Source: an uncultured Candidatus Poseidoniales archaeon
Lineage (GTDB): Archaea; Thermoplasmatota; Poseidoniia; Poseidoniales; Poseidoniaceae
Direction: 5' to 3'
Assembly (NCBI GenBank): GCA_905182185.1
Contig: CAJJAP010000007.1
Location: 17,461 to 81,460, forward strand
Length of the DNA: 64,000 bases
The notes below the pieces were generated by a model. The model was not told the origin of the DNA, did not search any database, and worked only from the letters and a program-made list of their open reading frames with translations. A program made the position numbers and the translations under genes. Below are positions 60,326 through 64,000 of this stretch, one piece after another (position 1 is the first letter of the stretch; every line of letters starts with the position of its first letter).

Positions 60326-61012
60326 TCAATTTCTTGACTCGTTCCACGCTAAGTCTAACAAATGCTGGATTTTTTTGACATCATCTTTGACCCTTGTCGG
60401 GTCAACTATTGGCCAATTCGCAATCTTTGCCTTCTCAATCAATCCATCTTGTATTCTCCTAATACGAGAGAATGAAGCAATATATCTATCCGCTCGCCTG
60501 TAAGAATGTGCATCTCTACTTTTCAGCATATTCTGGTGTTCTAGTTCGGTATCAACACACATCACAACTCCAACTGCGATTCCACCCGATTCTCTCCACG
60601 CTCGTAATAATCTCTCATTTGGCAAAATGTGAACCCCTTCTATCAACAGATCAATTCCTTCACGGCGGGCTCTTCCTATCGTCGCAGCAATCCCTGGTTC
60701 AACCGAATTACATGTTTCTAACCAATCTAGTACTGGGTCGCCAGAATCTCCTTTTGAAAAGGATGAACGGTGCAAGGAGGGATTGCTTTCATCCTCGTCA
60801 CATACTCGCATGATCTCCCTGATAGCATCTGTACTCAACAGACGAGAGAATTTGGATTCATGAGCCAAACGAACTGAGGCTGTTGACTTTCCAACTCCAG
60901 TTGCACCTGCGATGACCAGCAAACGGGGAGCATTACCCGATATGGTCCGAGCGCTCGTTTGAGCCAAGCCTACGCTACGAGTCATAACATGACGTAAAAG
61001 TGCCCGCTTCAA
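60326..61012 (-). CDS. P-loop NTPase/kinase (2-phosphoglycerate-kinase-like domain)
   Basis: LLVIAGATGVGKSTASVRLAHESKFSRLLSTDAIREIMR resembles the 2PGK P-loop domain. Confidence 0.5.
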   Translation of the reverse strand: MKRALLRHVMTRSVGLAQTSARTISGNAPRLLVIAGATGVGKSTASVRLAHESKFSRLLSTDAIREIMRVCDEDESNPSLHRSSFSKGDSGDPVLDWLETCNSVEPGIAATIGRARREGIDLLIEGVHILPNERLLRAWRESGGIAVGVVMCVDTELEHQNMLKSRDAHSYRRADRYIASFSRIRRIQDGLIEKAKIANWPIVDPTRVKDDVKKIQHLLDLAWNESRN

Positions 61013-61105
61013 GAACTCTCGCTATACAAAATGCTAGATATTCTCTTTTCAAGTGAAGATTGTTCAACCGATGTGCATTTCAATGGCCGCCATCTCGCTT
61101 AACAC

Positions 61106-62542
61106 ATGAGCGCAGAACAAATGCTGATCGCCGGTGAATGGGTGGATTCTGAAAATGGAGAAACCGCTGAAATTTTGAATCCTGCTAATGGAGAAGTAAT
61201 CGCTACAACTCCAAAGGCGACTCTCGCAGATGTTGAGCGATGCGTAACCGCTTCTCGCGCTGCATTTAACAACCCTGAATGGAAGAATATCGACCCTGCT
61301 CAGCGTGGAAGAATCCTCAATAAAATGGCTGCTGCAACATATGCAAATGCCAAGACGTTGGCCGTTCTTGAGTCAACAAATAATGGAAAAACATTCCGTG
61401 AAGCATTATCTGAAATTAGATTTGGTGCTTGGACTCTAGAATATTTTGCTGGTCTTGCTGACAAGAACGAAGGCTCAACTATTCCAGTTCCTGGAAATAG
61501 ATTGAATTACACATTAAGGCAACCATTGGGAGTTACTGCACATATAATCCCATGGAATTTCCCATTACAACTCGCTATTCGCTCAATCGCACCTGCACTG
61601 GCCTCAGGATGTACAGTAATAGCAAAACCAGCATCTTGGACTCCTCTATCTCTAATCGCTTGGGCAAAGGCAATGCAGGAAGCAGATGTTGGACTTCCAA
61701 CCGATGTATTGCAGGTCATCACTGGCTCTGGTGGGCTGATTGGTGATGCTCTTGTTGGGCATAGCGGTGTTGACGGAGTAGTCCTTACCGGTGGAGTTCC
61801 AACCGGTCAAGCAGTAATGGCAAAGGCCAGCGGTAATCTAACACCCGTCACCTTAGAACTCGGTGGAAAAGGTGCAAATATTGTATTCTCTGATGCGAAT
61901 CTAAGATATGCTGCAAAGGCAATCTGTTTTGGAATTTTCATGAATGCTGGACAAATGTGTTGGGCTGGTTCTCGTCTAATCGTACACGAAGATGTGCATG
62001 ATGAATTGGTTGAAGCAGTTTGTGCTGAAGTCTCCAAATGGACTGTTGGAGAAGGTATGGCAGAAGGTGTTCGCATCGGAAGTCTAGTTCACAAAAGCCA
62101 CCGTGCTGAGGTATTAGACAAACTATCTCGAGGACTTGCCCAAGGTGGCGAAGTGGTACTCGGCGGAAATGCAGTAGAAGGTGAAGGGGCTTTCATGGAA
62201 GCAACTGTGATCACTGGAGTTTCAACAGACAATTTATTATTCCAAGAAGAATTGTTTGGACCTGTACTTTCTGTAACAAAGTTCAGTGAAGACTCAGATG
62301 CTCTGGCTATGGCTAACGACACTCCATTTGGATTGCTCAATGGTATATGGACACAGAATCTTAGCAGAGCCCATAGCTTTGCAAGAGATTTAGAATGCGG
62401 TATGGTTTCAATCAATGAATATCCAATTACTTTCCCTCAAACCGCCTTCACCGGTTGGAAGCAATCTGGTATTGGTATCGAGCAAAGCAAAGATGCAATG
62501 AGATTCTACACCAAGGTAAAGAATGTCAACATCAAACTTTGA
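61106..62542 (+). CDS. NAD(P)-dependent aldehyde dehydrogenase
   Basis: ELGGKGANIVF, catalytic Cys in GQMCWAGSRL, IPWNFPL, GxGxxG. 478 aa. Confidence 0.9.
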   Translation: MSAEQMLIAGEWVDSENGETAEILNPANGEVIATTPKATLADVERCVTASRAAFNNPEWKNIDPAQRGRILNKMAAATYANAKTLAVLESTNNGKTFREALSEIRFGAWTLEYFAGLADKNEGSTIPVPGNRLNYTLRQPLGVTAHIIPWNFPLQLAIRSIAPALASGCTVIAKPASWTPLSLIAWAKAMQEADVGLPTDVLQVITGSGGLIGDALVGHSGVDGVVLTGGVPTGQAVMAKASGNLTPVTLELGGKGANIVFSDANLRYAAKAICFGIFMNAGQMCWAGSRLIVHEDVHDELVEAVCAEVSKWTVGEGMAEGVRIGSLVHKSHRAEVLDKLSRGLAQGGEVVLGGNAVEGEGAFMEATVITGVSTDNLLFQEELFGPVLSVTKFSEDSDALAMANDTPFGLLNGIWTQNLSRAHSFARDLECGMVSINEYPITFPQTAFTGWKQSGIGIEQSKDAMRFYTKVKNVNIKL

Positions 62543-62551
62543 GGTGATTAA

Positions 62552-63334
62552 TTGCCAATAGAGAATAGCGACTTAGGAGATGGAATACGTCTTATAAAAA
62601 TGTCTGGAAAAACAGCAACACAATCTTTTTCTCGAGAGTTTCTACCAGAAATTGCCAATGCCATTAAATCTGCACTATCTGATAATCAAGTAAAAGCAAT
62701 CATCCTAACCGGTGATGGTAAATTTTTCTCAGCAGGTGCAAATATTGATGATTTCAAGAAATCTATTGATGAAGGAAATGCTACAGAACTAATACGTGAA
62801 TTAACTGGAATCTTACACCCACTAATTGTCAGAATGCGCCAATCTGCAACTATTTGTGTTGCTGCTCTTAATGGAGCAAGTGCCGGTGGTGGCCTTGGTT
62901 TAGCACTTGCCTGTGATGCCCGAATAGCATCACCTCAAGCAAAGATGGCTGCCTCATATTCTGGAATGGGTTTGTCACCTGATGGTGGCACGACTTGGCT
63001 ACTTCCACGCCTAGTCACAGACCAAGTAGCAAGACGTTTCTTTTTAGAAAATGAAATCTGGAGTGCTCATCAGGCAGCACAATTAGGAGCCATAGATGCT
63101 ATTGTTGAAGATGATGAATTAATCTCTGCCGCTCAACAACTAGCAAAACGCTGGAGTAGTTGGGGCGCACATAGTAAAGAATCTATCAAGCACCTATTGG
63201 ATGTACAATCAACAAATGATTTTGAGACACAACTCAAACATGAAAGGACATTGATCGAAGCTGCTGGACAAACTGCTGAATTCAAAGAAGGAGTTAGTGC
63301 ATTCCTAGAAAAGAGAGAAGCAAAGTTCCACTGA
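62552..63334 (+). CDS. Enoyl-CoA hydratase/isomerase family protein
   Basis: AIILTGDGKFFSAGANIDDF, AALNGASAGGGLGLALACDARIA. Confidence 0.85.
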   Translation: MPIENSDLGDGIRLIKMSGKTATQSFSREFLPEIANAIKSALSDNQVKAIILTGDGKFFSAGANIDDFKKSIDEGNATELIRELTGILHPLIVRMRQSATICVAALNGASAGGGLGLALACDARIASPQAKMAASYSGMGLSPDGGTTWLLPRLVTDQVARRFFLENEIWSAHQAAQLGAIDAIVEDDELISAAQQLAKRWSSWGAHSKESIKHLLDVQSTNDFETQLKHERTLIEAAGQTAEFKEGVSAFLEKREAKFH

Positions 63335-63786
63335 TTAGGCTACAATTGTATAATTGACTTGGGTAGTCAACATTGAATTGCCATCAGAAACTCCTAATTC
63401 ACCTGTTACACGAATACTTTGCCCATCTATATCGGTAACTGTTAATCCAATTAGTTTGACCTCAACGCCCCTAATTTCTCCATGGTGTAAAAGGTCATCA
63501 TGAATACTTTGAACAGCGTATTGACAGGATTCGATTCGATCCAATCCGCCGTTGATCCAATTCTCAGTTCTTTGTTGTGTTAGACCCGGCATTACGTCTA
63601 TTACATCATGGGTGGTGACAATAACTGCATCACTTGAAGAGTCATAAGGAATTGTCATTCCTGCGACTTTAACACCAAAAATAGCCATTGATAACAAAGA
63701 CATCAACAGCACAATGCCCGTTGCTAATAGCATTTGAGCCGCATCGCGTTGTTCATCATGGGTAACACGCTTGCTATACTGCATCA
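63335..63786 (-). CDS. hypothetical membrane-anchored protein
   Basis: N-terminal hydrophobic segment LLATGIVLLMSLLSMAIFG followed by a beta-rich domain. An ATGATG start at 63786 overlaps the stop (63783-63785) of the upstream partial ORF. Confidence 0.4.
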
Positions 63787-64000
63787 TGCACCACCTCCAC
63801 GAGCCCATACATCCATCGTAACCGTCCATGCTACAGAATCAACAGCAATCAATTTGTGAACAGTAACAGTTCCTCCCGCAGGAGTTCCTACCTGTCCGTG
63901 TGGCGAGGAGACACCGCTATCGCGAGCCAACCAACAATTAGCCTCTTTACCATTAGCAATTGCACTTTGTAATAATTCACAAGCGCTATCTAAATCATCA
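63783..64000 (-). CDS. partial ORF (5' end beyond window), hypothetical
   Basis: Open frame from the window edge to TGA at 63783-63785 (...TVTVHKLIAVDSVAWTVTMDVWARGGGA*), apparently translationally coupled to the next gene. Confidence 0.3.

Overview
This 64-kb window is densely coded on both strands and is most likely from an archaeal (euryarchaeal) chromosome. The evidence for that assignment is an Orc1/Cdc6 initiator next to an AT-rich candidate origin, a TBP-like two-repeat protein, an HTH_10 (Bat-type) regulator, a DhnA-type class I aldolase, MoaC/MoaE, a ThiI-like PP-loop protein, a tRNA-Gly(UCC) without a full encoded CCA, and probable leaderless promoters. No rRNA genes, CRISPR arrays, transposases or integrases were recognised.

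The most striking content is a tight minus-strand operon: a FabI-like enoyl reductase, then a 2963-aa type I polyketide/PUFA-synthase-like megasynthase, then a Sfp/PfaE-type 4'-phosphopantetheinyl transferase. The megasynthase has the domain order KS-AT-KS-ACPx3-KR-DH, and all three ACP repeats carry Thr where the conserved phosphopantetheine-attachment Ser normally sits. A system like this is unexpected in an archaeon.

Other notable content:
- An S8 subtilisin carrying about 25 thrombospondin-type-3 Ca-binding repeats and a C-terminal membrane anchor.
- A 1962-aa anchored surface protein.
- An ABC exporter and an M28 lipoprotein peptidase.
- Many acyl-CoA/CoA-linked enzymes: biotin carboxylase, two enoyl-CoA hydratases, 3-hydroxyacyl-CoA dehydrogenase, an aldehyde dehydrogenase, a hotdog thioesterase, and a PPAT fused to a DUF359-like domain.
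- A diiron BoxB/PaaA-like oxygenase, and the gluconeogenic pair aldolase plus GlpX.
- A seven-fold CCHC zinc-knuckle protein and a P-loop-degenerate EF-Tu-like paralogue.
- A large wHTH-containing unknown protein.
- A cluster of frame-disrupted genes at about 42.9-45.3 kb: a TPM-domain gene with an in-frame 24-bp tandem repeat array, and a GT2 glycosyltransferase.

The ORF track uses alternative start codons (GTG/TTG translated as M). Several 5'-5' gene overlaps are best resolved by using internal ATG starts.
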